57,380 nt of DNA from Candidatus Onthousia excrementipullorum. GTDB lineage: Bacteria; Bacillota_I; Bacilli_A; RF39; UBA660. The stretch covers positions 1-57,380 of the forward strand of contig DVHC01000043.1 of the NCBI GenBank assembly GCA_018712385.1. The letters run 5' to 3'. How positions within the stretch are numbered: the stretch's first letter is position 1; every line of letters begins with the position of its first letter. Both the position numbers and the translations under genes were made by a program. Below, piece after piece: positions 28,571 to 37,848 of this stretch. The notes under the pieces were generated by a model. It had not been told where the DNA came from. It did not search any database and saw only the letters and a program-made list of their open reading frames with translations.

Positions 28571-28710
28571 AGTAGCAGCCTAATGTAGAATTAGGCAATA
28601 ACCTTCAATTTTGTGAACATAACAAAAGCCATGAACGCCGAAGCTAGGCTGGGGCTACTATTTCCCATTGATATTTATGTATGTTATTATATACTGCACA
28701 AAGCGATTTG

Positions 28711-28917
28711 TCAAATGCTTTTTAGGTTATTCTCAAGTATAGTTAACATTTCATTTTTCATCTCATCTGTTGCATTATTCCAAATTATTTCCATAAATAC
28801 ACCCATACCAGGTAGAGTTACTTCATCTTTAGAATTAATAGATTCAACTATCGCTTCTTTAATACTTTCCTTATTATCATTCTTAAAATTATTTAAAATA
28901 TAGTCTTTTATACTCAT
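28711..28917 (-). CDS. sspI: Small acid-soluble spore protein SspI-like
   Basis: MSIKDYILNN...LPGMGVFMEIIWNNATDEMKNEMLTILENNLK closely parallels Bacillus SspI (LPGLGVLFEVIW...). The internal ATG at 28917 is preferred over the ORF-track start at 28986. Confidence 0.7.
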   Translation of the reverse strand: MSIKDYILNNFKNDNKESIKEAIVESINSKDEVTLPGMGVFMEIIWNNATDEMKNEMLTILENNLKSI

Positions 28918-29011
28918 AAAATCATCTCCTAGACATATCTTTACCAATATTTTTAAATTTATACTATAATTTTTTTTCTTTTTCATATATAATTAAAACA
29001 GAGGTGATAAA

Positions 29012-29575
29012 ATGTCAACAGGAATGATTATAGGTATTGTAATAGTTGCAATTATTGTTATTTTAATAATTTGGTATGTAGTAACATATAACTCATTAGT
29101 ACAACTTAGAAATAGAGTTAAAGACCAATGGAGTCAAATTGATGTTCAATTAAAAAGAAGAGCAGATTTAATTCCTAATTTAGTAGAGACTGTTAAAGGT
29201 TATGCTAAACATGAAAGTTCTACTTTAGATGCTGTTATTAATGCAAGAAATAGTTTTAATACTGCTTCTACTAAAGAAGAAGAGATAAAAGCTAGTGGAG
29301 AGTTAACTGGTATGTTAAATAGATTATTCGCTCTTGCAGAAGCATATCCAGATTTAAAAGCTAATACTAATTTTATGTCACTACAAAATGATTTAAGAGA
29401 TACTGAAGATAAGATTAGTACAATGAGACAATTTTATAATGATACAGTACTTACTTATAATAATAAAGTACAAACTATTCCAAGTAATATAGTTGCAAGT
29501 ATTTCTCATTTTAAAGAAGAAGAATTCTTTGAAATAGATGAGAAAGATAAAGAAGCACCTAAAGTATCATTTTAA
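29012..29575 (+). CDS. lemA: LemA family membrane protein
   Basis: It has an N-terminal [35 protein letters not shown] is typical of LemA. Confidence 0.85.
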   Translation: MSTGMIIGIVIVAIIVILIIWYVVTYNSLVQLRNRVKDQWSQIDVQLKRRADLIPNLVETVKGYAKHESSTLDAVINARNSFNTASTKEEEIKASGELTGMLNRLFALAEAYPDLKANTNFMSLQNDLRDTEDKISTMRQFYNDTVLTYNNKVQTIPSNIVASISHFKEEEFFEIDEKDKEAPKVSF

Positions 29576-29612
29576 GACTTGCTTTATGCAAGCTTTTTTT
29601 CTAGAGGAGTGA

Positions 29613-31529
29613 ATGACTATGAATATAAACAAAATATCAATTATAACAGTAATAGCAGTACTTATCGTTATATTTTTACCAGTAGGATTTTCATTTTTAG
29701 GAGGAGAGCCTACTGATAAGTTTTTAAGTGAGATAGAAATACTTGATAATGGTTCTATTAAGGTGAGAGAACTTATTAAAATGAATGGTGAGTATAATGG
29801 TATGGATAGAGATATTAGTTATGCTAGTTATAAGAATGCACCATATAATGGGAATATAAGTGCTATAAAAGGAAATAGTGATTTATATGATGGTAGTGGT
29901 ATTACTGATATTAAAGTAGGGTCTATTAGTGATGATGGAAGTCTTACTTTTGATGACTTTAATAGAAGTGTTAATTATTTTGATGAAGTTAGTTTTGCAA
30001 GTAATGGAGCATCTTCTAAATATACTTATGATACTTTTATGAATGAAGTTAATTTAAAGCTTTATAATCCTAGTGATTTAGATGAAATCTTTTATATAGA
30101 GTATACTGTTACTGATGCGGTAGTTGTTCATAATGATGTTGCAGAACTTGCTTGGAATACCTTAGGTGATGGTTATAGAGAAAATATTGGAGATTATGAA
30201 GTTAAAGTAATACTACCAGGTAGTGATAGTGATTATAGAGTATGGTTACATGGACCTTTAAATGGTAGTATTGATAGAACTAATAATAAGGAAGCTTTAG
30301 GTAAATTTAACTTTTTAGGAGCATATAATCCTGTTAGTGTTAGATTAATCTTTAATAAAGATTTAGTACCTAATGCTACTAAAATGAGTGGTTTAACTGC
30401 TAAAAATGCTATTATAGATTATCAAACAGAGTTAAGTGATGAAGCGAATAGAGAAAGAGAGCGTATTCAAAGACAAAATATGACTTTAATAATAGTAAGT
30501 AGTATCTGGGGTGTTATTGCTATTTCTCTTGCAGTTGGTGTTTATTTAAGAGAGAAAAAGATGAAGGAAACTGCCTTTAATATGGAATATTTTAGAGATT
30601 TTCCAGGAAGTTATGGTCCTGAAGTATTAGAGTATTTACTTGATAAAAATGTTACAGAGAAGAGTTTATCTGCTACCATATTAAATTTAATCTATAAGAA
30701 AGTACTAAAAGTAGAAGTTATTGATAGAAAGTTAAAAGATGATTATAAACTAATATTACAAGAATATGATGAGTCTAGTCTTACTGAGACAGAAAAGATA
30801 GCATTAAACCTTATTATCAATGAAATAGGTAATAGTAAAGAAGTAGTTCTTTCTACTATAAAGAAACATTGTTCTACTTTAAGTAATGCTAATAATGTAA
30901 TGGATTTATATAATGATTTTATTAAGACTAGTAAAAACTTAGGCAAGAGTGAAAACTTCTTTGCTAAAACACCAGGAATAGTGGCATTTACAGTTATATT
31001 CTCATTACTTGGTATAGTCTTAACATTTATTAGTTTTACTTTAGATTTAGTTTGGTTAGGAATAATAATAATTATTGTTATGATTGTTCTAATTATCTTC
31101 GTTGTAACTAGAAAGTTTTATACAAAGAAAGGTGCAGAACATTATGCAAAATGGATGGCTCATAAGAGATTTTTAGAAGACTTTAGTAGATTTAATGAAA
31201 AAGAGTTACCTGAGGTAACTTTATGGGATAAATATTTAGTTTATGCAGTTGTCTTAGACTGTGCCGATAAGTTATCTAAAGAAATGAAACTTAAGATGCC
31301 TAATATGGAAAGAGACGATACTGCTTATGTAGGTTATAATCCATACATGACTCATTATATTATAACTACTAATCTTTATTCTAGTATAAATAGTGGCATT
31401 CATACTGCCGTTGCATCATCACGTTCTTCAATCGCTGCTAGTCACTCTTCAAGTGGTGGAGGCTTTGGTGGTGGTTCTATCGGTGGAGGAGGTTCCTTCG
31501 GTGGAGGAGGCGGTGGAGGCCGTTTCTAA
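29613..31529 (+). CDS. DUF2207-type membrane protein (the usual LemA partner) with a Gly-rich C-terminus
   Basis: It has a signal/TM segment, a large extracytoplasmic domain, several TM helices, and a C-terminal SSGGGFGGGSIGGGGSFGGGGGGGRF. ATG 29619 may be the true start. Confidence 0.7.
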   Translation: MTMNINKISIITVIAVLIVIFLPVGFSFLGGEPTDKFLSEIEILDNGSIKVRELIKMNGEYNGMDRDISYASYKNAPYNGNISAIKGNSDLYDGSGITDIKVGSISDDGSLTFDDFNRSVNYFDEVSFASNGASSKYTYDTFMNEVNLKLYNPSDLDEIFYIEYTVTDAVVVHNDVAELAWNTLGDGYRENIGDYEVKVILPGSDSDYRVWLHGPLNGSIDRTNNKEALGKFNFLGAYNPVSVRLIFNKDLVPNATKMSGLTAKNAIIDYQTELSDEANRERERIQRQNMTLIIVSSIWGVIAISLAVGVYLREKKMKETAFNMEYFRDFPGSYGPEVLEYLLDKNVTEKSLSATILNLIYKKVLKVEVIDRKLKDDYKLILQEYDESSLTETEKIALNLIINEIGNSKEVVLSTIKKHCSTLSNANNVMDLYNDFIKTSKNLGKSENFFAKTPGIVAFTVIFSLLGIVLTFISFTLDLVWLGIIIIIVMIVLIIFVVTRKFYTKKGAEHYAKWMAHKRFLEDFSRFNEKELPEVTLWDKYLVYAVVLDCADKLSKEMKLKMPNMERDDTAYVGYNPYMTHYIITTNLYSSINSGIHTAVASSRSSIAASHSSSGGGFGGGSIGGGGSFGGGGGGGRF

Positions 31530-32296
31530 TCCTCAAGAAAACATAGTATAATTTTAATAATTACATAAGTATTTTCTAAATAACAATAGTGGGTACAATT
31601 AGGAAAGATAATAAGCTCGCTATTTGTTATTTTTTTATGCATTAATTTACCATCTTTTAGAGGTGTATCTATATCTTTTTCTCCCCATAGTATTAGAGTG
31701 TTTGTATTAACAGAAGATAAATATTTAGTAAGGTCTAAATTAACAATATTTTTAAATGTTTCACGCATATTTGCATCTAAAGATTGATAATCACTACTTG
31801 AAAATTTATTGAATAAATATGTCTTAAATTTATGTTTAAACTTTTTAGGAAGATAATCTGCTAAAGACTGTAGAGTTTTATATAGTTTTAATCTAAACTT
31901 TTTCTTTAAAGTCATCTTAGGTTTAATTCCAGCACTATCGATTAGTATTAAGTTTTTAATAGGCATATTATATTTAGAAGATAGAAGAATGGCAATTCTT
32001 CCTCCAAAAGAGTGAGCGATGATGTTAGGATTAGTTATATTTAAGGCATTAAAGAACTTAATAATCATTTCACTGTAATCATCCATAGTTAGATTATAAT
32101 TAGGAAATTTTGTATTACCAAAACCAGGATAATCTATTATATAAACAGTATAATCAATCATTAAGATATTAATCATTTCTAAAAATGTATTTCTAGTTTC
32201 TCCCCATCCAGGTAGTATTACAATAACTTCTTTTCCATCTCCATATTTTTGATAAGATAAATTTATATCTTTATAGTTAATAGTCATATACAACAC
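31526..32296 (-). CDS. Alpha/beta-fold hydrolase
   Basis: 256 aa with the nucleophile elbow AHSFGG. The length and layout are typical of the family. Confidence 0.75.
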   Translation of the reverse strand: MLYMTINYKDINLSYQKYGDGKEVIVILPGWGETRNTFLEMINILMIDYTVYIIDYPGFGNTKFPNYNLTMDDYSEMIIKFFNALNITNPNIIAHSFGGRIAILLSSKYNMPIKNLILIDSAGIKPKMTLKKKFRLKLYKTLQSLADYLPKKFKHKFKTYLFNKFSSSDYQSLDANMRETFKNIVNLDLTKYLSSVNTNTLILWGEKDIDTPLKDGKLMHKKITNSELIIFPNCTHYCYLENTYVIIKIILCFLED

Positions 32297-32351
32297 CTAT
32301 TATAAGATATGTAAATAAAAATAATTTGTTAGTTGAAAGTTAAGTTATTAT

Positions 32352-32948
32352 TTAGACAATCTTTTTTTCTTTTATCTTTTTATAAATATAAGTAATTAAT
32401 AATACTCCTAATAATATGTAGATAGGTACCTTTAACTTCTTTACAAAATTATCTAAGATTATCCAGTTGTTACCTAGGGCATAACCAACATAGACAAAGG
32501 CAAAGGTCCAAGGAATACTACCTAGTGTGGTATAAATAACAAACTTAATAAATGGTACTTTACTAACTCCCATAGGTAGAGATATTAAAGTTCTAATTAT
32601 AGGAAAATTTCTTCCGATAAAAGCAGCCCAAGGCCCATATTTATTAAACCATCTATCGCATTTTTCTACATCTTCTTCTTTCATAAAGAAAAACTTACCA
32701 TAAGTCTTTATAAAAGGCCTTCCTCCAAAATATCCAAAAGCATAAATAATAATTGCACAAAATACACTACCAAGAACTCCTATTAGTAAGGCCATAGAAA
32801 AAGAAAATATTCCTCTTCCTGCTAATATTCCTGCTGTCGCTAATATTAACTCGCTAGGAATAATTATTATAACGGCTTCTAGTACCATACCAAGAAACAT
32901 CCCAAAATATCCTAAATTAGTCATTAAAGAAGTAATATAAGAATCCAT
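32352..32948 (-). CDS. DedA family membrane protein
   Basis: 198 aa and polytopic. It contains the segments GRPFIKTYGKFFF and GRNFPIIRTLISLPMG. Confidence 0.8.
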   Translation of the reverse strand: MDSYITSLMTNLGYFGMFLGMVLEAVIIIIPSELILATAGILAGRGIFSFSMALLIGVLGSVFCAIIIYAFGYFGGRPFIKTYGKFFFMKEEDVEKCDRWFNKYGPWAAFIGRNFPIIRTLISLPMGVSKVPFIKFVIYTTLGSIPWTFAFVYVGYALGNNWIILDNFVKKLKVPIYILLGVLLITYIYKKIKEKKIV

Positions 32949-33043
32949 TTAATCACCTTTACTTAAATATATGTTAAAAAAAACTCTTTATCTCATAAAT
33001 ATTACGTATAATTTTAGTAAATAATAATATTGGGGTGAATTCT

Positions 33044-34318
33044 ATGAATATTAAACCTTTAAGAGTTTTGATTATTGTAACTATATTTACTAGTGTAATA
33101 TCTATAGGTTGTGGAATCTTTATTTATAATGATATGAAAGAAAGAGAGGAAGTCTCTTTAAATGTTTCTAGAGCTAGGAAATCTTTAATAAAAGATGAAG
33201 ATGTTTTGATTAAGATAAAATCTAATTATAATAGTAATGTTAAGACTACTAAAGATACTAAACTTTATATAAAAGATAATGATGAATATAAAGATGCAGG
33301 TAGTATAAATAAAAATAATATTTTAGAACTTGAAATAGTAGATAATATTAGTTTAGATAATAAATATTTTAAACTATTAGATAGTGATTATTATGTTTCT
33401 TATAAAGATGTAGAGCCTACTAGTGATACTATTAATAAAAGATATCTTAACTATATAGAGTTTCCATTAGAGGTTACTATTAAAGAAAATATTACTTATT
33501 ATGAAGATGACTTTAAGGAGTTATTTACCTTAAAAAATCCTGTAACTACTAAAGTAGTAGTTAACTTAGATGATTATTATGGTATATCTTTATTATCAAG
33601 ATTAGTCTATGTTAAAAAAGAAGATGTTAGTAACACTATAGAAGTAGATAGCAGTGAAGAAATAGCTGTGTCTGTTCCTGCAATACTTTATCATTTTATT
33701 TATTTAGATGGTGATAATAGTTGTAATGATATAATTTGTCATAGTGAAGAACAAATAGACTCTCATTTTAAGTTTTTAAGTGATAACGATGTTTTTACAC
33801 TAAATACTAGTGAAGTGTTAAGCTTTATTAAGGGTGAGATTAATCTTCCTAAAAAGTCTATTTTAATTACTATTGATGATGGGGCAAGAGCGGAGAACTT
33901 TATTCCTTTCTTAGAGAAGTATGGTTTAAATGCAACTTTGTTTTTAGTTAGTTCATGGTACCCTGTTAGTAAGTTTCAATCTCCTTATTTGGAGATAGCA
34001 AGTCATACTCATAATATGCATACAACTGGTGTTTGTCCTACTGGTCAAGGAGGTGGGATTAACTGTTTACCAGAAAAAGAAATCTTAAATGATTTAAAAC
34101 TTAGTAGAGAAACATTAAATAATACTAAAGCCTTTTGTTTTCCTTTCTATGAATATAGTGACTATTCTATTAACTTAGTTAAAGAAGCAGGCTTTGAAAT
34201 GGCTTTTATTGGCGGTTCAACTAAAATAAAAAAGGGCATAGACCCTTATAAAATACCAAGATATCCTATTTTAAGTAGTTTTGGTGTAGATTATATAAGT
34301 AACTTAGTGTTAGGTTAA
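33044..34318 (+). CDS. Membrane-anchored polysaccharide deacetylase (NodB domain)
   Basis: It has an N-terminal TM. The NodB motifs are ITIDDGARAEN and ASHTHNMH. ATG 33044 is preferred over GTG 33035. Confidence 0.75.
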   Translation: MNIKPLRVLIIVTIFTSVISIGCGIFIYNDMKEREEVSLNVSRARKSLIKDEDVLIKIKSNYNSNVKTTKDTKLYIKDNDEYKDAGSINKNNILELEIVDNISLDNKYFKLLDSDYYVSYKDVEPTSDTINKRYLNYIEFPLEVTIKENITYYEDDFKELFTLKNPVTTKVVVNLDDYYGISLLSRLVYVKKEDVSNTIEVDSSEEIAVSVPAILYHFIYLDGDNSCNDIICHSEEQIDSHFKFLSDNDVFTLNTSEVLSFIKGEINLPKKSILITIDDGARAENFIPFLEKYGLNATLFLVSSWYPVSKFQSPYLEIASHTHNMHTTGVCPTGQGGGINCLPEKEILNDLKLSRETLNNTKAFCFPFYEYSDYSINLVKEAGFEMAFIGGSTKIKKGIDPYKIPRYPILSSFGVDYISNLVLG

Positions 34319-34358
34319 TATTTACGAAAATTCGTAACTAATTTATTACATATTTCTC

Positions 34359-34387
34359 TTGTTATATAGAATTTAATATGATACTAT
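34359..34387 (+). promoter_or_regulatory. Promoter of the small-peptide (toxin-like) transcript, copy 1
   Basis: TTGTTA (34359-34364), a 17-nt spacer and TACTAT (34382-34387), with an extended -10 TG at 34379-34380. Confidence 0.6.
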
Positions 34388-34447
34388 ATTTATAGGAACA
34401 TTTATGTGGGTGTCGCCTCTATTTTTAATGAGAGGAGGACTTAAAAA

Positions 34448-34540
34448 GTGAAGATGAAAACTTTTATATTGAAGCTTTTAAAATCTGTCGCTTTGGTTAT
34501 TATAAGTCTTACCTTATTGATAGTGGCTATAAAGATATAA
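34448..34540 (+). CDS. 30-aa hydrophobic peptide, candidate type I toxin (copy 1)
   Basis: AGGAGG (34433-34438), a 9-nt spacer and a GTG start. The peptide is MKMKTFILKLLKSVALVIISLTLLIVAIKI. A paralog lies at 37620-37715. Confidence 0.55.
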   Translation: MKMKTFILKLLKSVALVIISLTLLIVAIKI

Positions 34541-34545
34541 AATAA

Positions 34546-34565
34546 GACACTCTGCATAGAGTGTC
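34546..34565. terminator. Bidirectional hairpin shared by the peptide mRNA and the convergent antisense transcript (copy 1)
   Basis: GACACTCT-GCAT-AGAGTGTC, with U-rich sequence on the minus-strand side (TTATTTTAT). Confidence 0.55.
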
Positions 34566-34649
34566 GAACTCAAAAAAATTATGAGGTAACATTCATGCAC
34601 AAAATAAATGTTCCTTTTTTTAGTTTATGTAAATTTCTTTTACATATTC

Positions 34650-34678
34650 ATAGTATCATAAATATTAAATTTTGTCAA
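34650..34678 (-). promoter_or_regulatory. Convergent antisense promoter (candidate antitoxin RNA), copy 1
   Basis: The minus strand has TTGACA (34678-34673), a 17-nt spacer and TACTAT (34655-34650), preceded by TG. Confidence 0.6.
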
Positions 34679-34752
34679 AAATCAATTTCAAATAGATAGA
34701 TAAAAATATAATTTTATTATATAATAATTACAAGTTATGAGGTGAGATATTT

Positions 34753-37308
34753 ATGGATGATAGAACTATGATTACAGAATTATCAAATATGACTTTGCCA
34801 ACTTTTATAAGAAAGTTTAATTTAATGACTTTAGATGAAAAAACTAAATTACTTAATAATCCTTATTTAGATGAATTAAATGAAGTAATATTTTCTTCTT
34901 TATTTTTACAAGTTCAAAATATGACTGAAGTTAGAGAATTACTTAATAGCAAAAAAATCTTTCATAAAGTATTAACTTCTCCTAAAAATAAGAAAAAAAG
35001 AAATATTCTTAATATTATAGGTGAAGAAAATTTGCCATTACTAAAATATATTTTTGAAAGTGATTATATTTTAGATTATAAAGAACAATTCCTTGACTAT
35101 ATAGATTCTATTGATTATGAACAGTTTAGAAAAGTCTTAGAAAATATTAATTTAACAAAGTTATATCATCTTTTTTTCAAAGAAAATAATATAGAAGAGT
35201 TAGAAAATATAATTGGTATTTCTTCTCTTAATAAAGATATCTCTTCATCTTTCTTTCAAAAAGTGAAAATGAATATCTTAAATCCATTAGGCGTTTTAAA
35301 AATTAAAAATGAAAAAGAATTAGTACTTTATACTAAATTTGGCTTGTTAATAGAGGTTTTAGAAGAACTACCTGAAATAACTTTCAAAAATGGTGTAGTT
35401 TTACCATATCAAAATATCTTAGATGTAAAAGAAGGTAAAGTAAATAAATTAATATCTCTATTAAAAGAAAAAGGTGATTATTTAGAAGAAGATCTACTAG
35501 AAGTAAGCTTAAAACTTTATTATATTTTTGATTATGATAATGCTAGAAATATTATACTTGATAAGTTTACTAATATTACTCCTAGTGCTATTAATAGAAT
35601 TATAGATTTTAACTTTAAAGACCATAGAAGAGAATATCGTACTAAACATCAAGAACGTTTTTATCATTATGGTATGGAAAATGAAGTTGTAGATGCTCTA
35701 AACAATAATGATTATAACTTTTTCTCTAATCTTTTATATGATGCTGATGAAGAGAAAATTTTATGGTTAAGAGATGAGTTTTTAAAGATAGTATCTATGA
35801 ATAAAGATAATAAAAACTTAAATGAAGCTTTAAAAGTAAAATTATTAGAGTTAATTAATGAAAGAGAAAGTAAAGCGAAAGAGGATTATGCTAAAGATAT
35901 AAGAAAGCGTTTATCTTCTAAGACTGATAAAAAGTTATCTGTAAATGATTTAAAAGAACTGTTTAAAGATGTTTCTCTTGTTAATTTATTAAATAATTAT
36001 GATCAAGATATACTTGTAAGATTAAGACAGTTCTTACTAGGTAACCTTAAAGATAATAATGATTGCCTTCTTCGCTTAATTATAAATAAAGAAGCCCTTG
36101 GCTTAAATAATTTACTTGGTAAGTTGATAAATCAATATGATTTAATAGAGTCTATTGCTAAGAAAAATAAATTATCTTTAAATTCAATCCTTGATGTTAT
36201 TGATATAGTTAAAACAAGTTTTTTCTCACTTAAACCTAATGAACAAGATATATTTTTATCAACAATTGCTAACATAATCTCATCTAAAGAATATTGTACT
36301 GGTAAGAGTGAAGAAGAAATATTAAAAGAAACATGTCAATTACATGTAGAAAGAAAAAGTAAGGTTTATGCTTCAATACCTACTATAGAAGGTGAAAGTG
36401 ATAGTTTTTCTTATAGAGTCGCTCCTTTTGATGCCGAATATTTATTAGCAGCAGGAGTAGATGCTAAAAACTGTTTTCGTATTTCTGGAAAAGGAGAAGA
36501 TTTCTTCCGTTATTGTCTTACAAGTAATCAAGCCGTTATTATGTATTTTACTAACGAAAAGACTAATCATACTTATATATGTCCAATAATTCGTAGTGGT
36601 AATGCTATTCATTGTAATGGTGTAGATCCTAAACTTCCTCTAGATGAAAGAGACGACTTTTTTAAAGCTTTTACTAAGGCAATGAATGAAATAATAATGA
36701 TAAGTTCTAATGAAAGTATTGATAGTGAAAGAATTGAAGTTGCAACTATTACTAATTTACATTTGGAAGATTATTTTAGGGAAAATAGTTATTTAAAATA
36801 TCAACTTGAAACCTATATACCAATAGATTGCCCTTGCTATACTGACTATAATAAGAAAGATAAAGAGAACTATATTATTTCTAAAAGTGATGATTATAAA
36901 GATAATAAATATTATTTAGCGAAAGACAAGTTTTATCAGAAAAGAAAAGAAGATTATGAATTTAATATTGATAAAGAATATGATAAAGAAAGACTATCTT
37001 TAATAGTTAATTCTATCGCTTATTCTGCTATTGATTATAAAAATATTTCTCCATCTTTAAAAAATAGAGCCAAAAGAACTTTTAAACTAATTGATGTTAA
37101 TACTTTTAAATATATAGTAGGAAATAAAGACTGGTATGTGGCAATAGATGATCAATATAATATTTTAGCAAATTTACTACCTTACGATGAAAGAGCTAAA
37201 AAAGAATATATTAAGCATCTAGCACAAGCTCCTTTATTAATAGAAAATATGGAAAAAGAGGAGGAAGAGTATGGAATTAGTAGGGAAAATTTATCAAAAA
37301 ATAAATAG
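34753..37308 (+). CDS. Orphan 851-aa protein with no family recognised by eye
   Basis: The RBS is GAGGTGA. The ORF is long, uninterrupted and helix-rich. The C-terminal region contains conserved-looking Cys/His residues (AKNCFRISGKGEDFFRYC, NAIHCNGVDP). Confidence 0.7.
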   Translation: MDDRTMITELSNMTLPTFIRKFNLMTLDEKTKLLNNPYLDELNEVIFSSLFLQVQNMTEVRELLNSKKIFHKVLTSPKNKKKRNILNIIGEENLPLLKYIFESDYILDYKEQFLDYIDSIDYEQFRKVLENINLTKLYHLFFKENNIEELENIIGISSLNKDISSSFFQKVKMNILNPLGVLKIKNEKELVLYTKFGLLIEVLEELPEITFKNGVVLPYQNILDVKEGKVNKLISLLKEKGDYLEEDLLEVSLKLYYIFDYDNARNIILDKFTNITPSAINRIIDFNFKDHRREYRTKHQERFYHYGMENEVVDALNNNDYNFFSNLLYDADEEKILWLRDEFLKIVSMNKDNKNLNEALKVKLLELINERESKAKEDYAKDIRKRLSSKTDKKLSVNDLKELFKDVSLVNLLNNYDQDILVRLRQFLLGNLKDNNDCLLRLIINKEALGLNNLLGKLINQYDLIESIAKKNKLSLNSILDVIDIVKTSFFSLKPNEQDIFLSTIANIISSKEYCTGKSEEEILKETCQLHVERKSKVYASIPTIEGESDSFSYRVAPFDAEYLLAAGVDAKNCFRISGKGEDFFRYCLTSNQAVIMYFTNEKTNHTYICPIIRSGNAIHCNGVDPKLPLDERDDFFKAFTKAMNEIIMISSNESIDSERIEVATITNLHLEDYFRENSYLKYQLETYIPIDCPCYTDYNKKDKENYIISKSDDYKDNKYYLAKDKFYQKRKEDYEFNIDKEYDKERLSLIVNSIAYSAIDYKNISPSLKNRAKRTFKLIDVNTFKYIVGNKDWYVAIDDQYNILANLLPYDERAKKEYIKHLAQAPLLIENMEKEEEEYGISRENLSKNK

Positions 37309-37474
37309 TAGTAGTGGTTATATTTTAGGAAGTGATGGGAAGTTATATTTATATTTTTGTTATGATTTTTTAGAAGATTTTGATGATAAAATAGGAGAAG
37401 TTGTTTTATTTAAGCCGGTAGATTCTAAAATATTAAGAGCAACTTATATTTCTAAATATTATGGTGAGGATTAG
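37271..37474 (+). CDS. 67-aa protein overlapping the end of the 851-aa gene, possibly with a cold-shock/OB-like fold
   Basis: AGGAGG (37258-37263), a 7-nt spacer and ATG. It overlaps the upstream ORF by 38 nt. The pattern GKIYQKINSSSGYILGSDGKLYLYF...IGEVVLFKP loosely resembles a cold-shock domain. Confidence 0.5.
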   Translation: MELVGKIYQKINSSSGYILGSDGKLYLYFCYDFLEDFDDKIGEVVLFKPVDSKILRATYISKYYGED

Positions 37475-37531
37475 ATTTTAATGCTAATTTATATTTGCGA
37501 AAATTAGTAACTAATTTATTACATTTTTTTC

Positions 37532-37560
37532 TTGTTATATAGAATTTAATATGATACTAT
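37532..37560 (+). promoter_or_regulatory. Promoter of the small-peptide transcript, copy 2
   Basis: TTGTTA (37532-37537), a 17-nt spacer and TACTAT (37555-37560), with TG at 37552-37553. Confidence 0.6.
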
Positions 37561-37619
37561 ATTTATAGGGACATTTATGTGGGTGTCGCCTCCTATTCTA
37601 TAGGAAAGGAGGAAAAGGT

Positions 37620-37715
37620 ATGAAGACAAAGACTTTTATTATAAAAGTACTAAAGCTTATTCCTTTAATTTTATTGAGTCTTTCTTTCTTAGTTCTAACC
37701 TTCAAAATAAAATAG
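37620..37715 (+). CDS. 31-aa hydrophobic peptide, candidate type I toxin (copy 2)
   Basis: AGGAGG, a 7-nt spacer and ATG. The peptide is MKTKTFIIKVLKLIPLILLSLSFLVLTFKIK. Confidence 0.55.
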   Translation: MKTKTFIIKVLKLIPLILLSLSFLVLTFKIK

Positions 37716-37819
37716 ACACTCTGCATTAGAGTGCCACACATAGAATATATGAGGTGACATTCACTTGCAACCTAAATGTTCCTCATTTTTTATTTTATGT
37801 AAATTTCTTTTACACATTC

Positions 37820-37848
37820 ATAGTATCATAAATATTAACTTTTGTCAA
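37820..37848 (-). promoter_or_regulatory. Convergent antisense promoter, copy 2
   Basis: The minus strand has TTGACA (37848-37843), a 17-nt spacer and TACTAT (37825-37820). Confidence 0.6.

Larger units (their letters stand above)
34320..34725 (+). repeat. Direct repeat copy 1 (type I TA-like cassette plus downstream promoter)
   Basis: It is alignable along its length with 37493-37976. Examples are CTTGTTATATAGAATTTAATATGATACTATATTTATAGG and AAATAGATAGATAAAAATATAATTTTATTATATAAT. Confidence 0.9.

Noticed and set aside
28570-28660. Possible tRNA, because a 7-bp terminal stem resembles an acceptor stem
   Set aside because: Neither strand has a T-loop (GTTCRANNC), D-loop conserved bases, a CCA or discriminator context, or a cloverleaf geometry. 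It is kept only as an unassigned structured element.
28613-28903. 96-aa plus-strand ORF
   Set aside because: It is antisense to the well-supported sspI-like gene. It has a GTG start, no RBS, and a hydrophobic low-complexity translation typical of AT-rich antisense frames.
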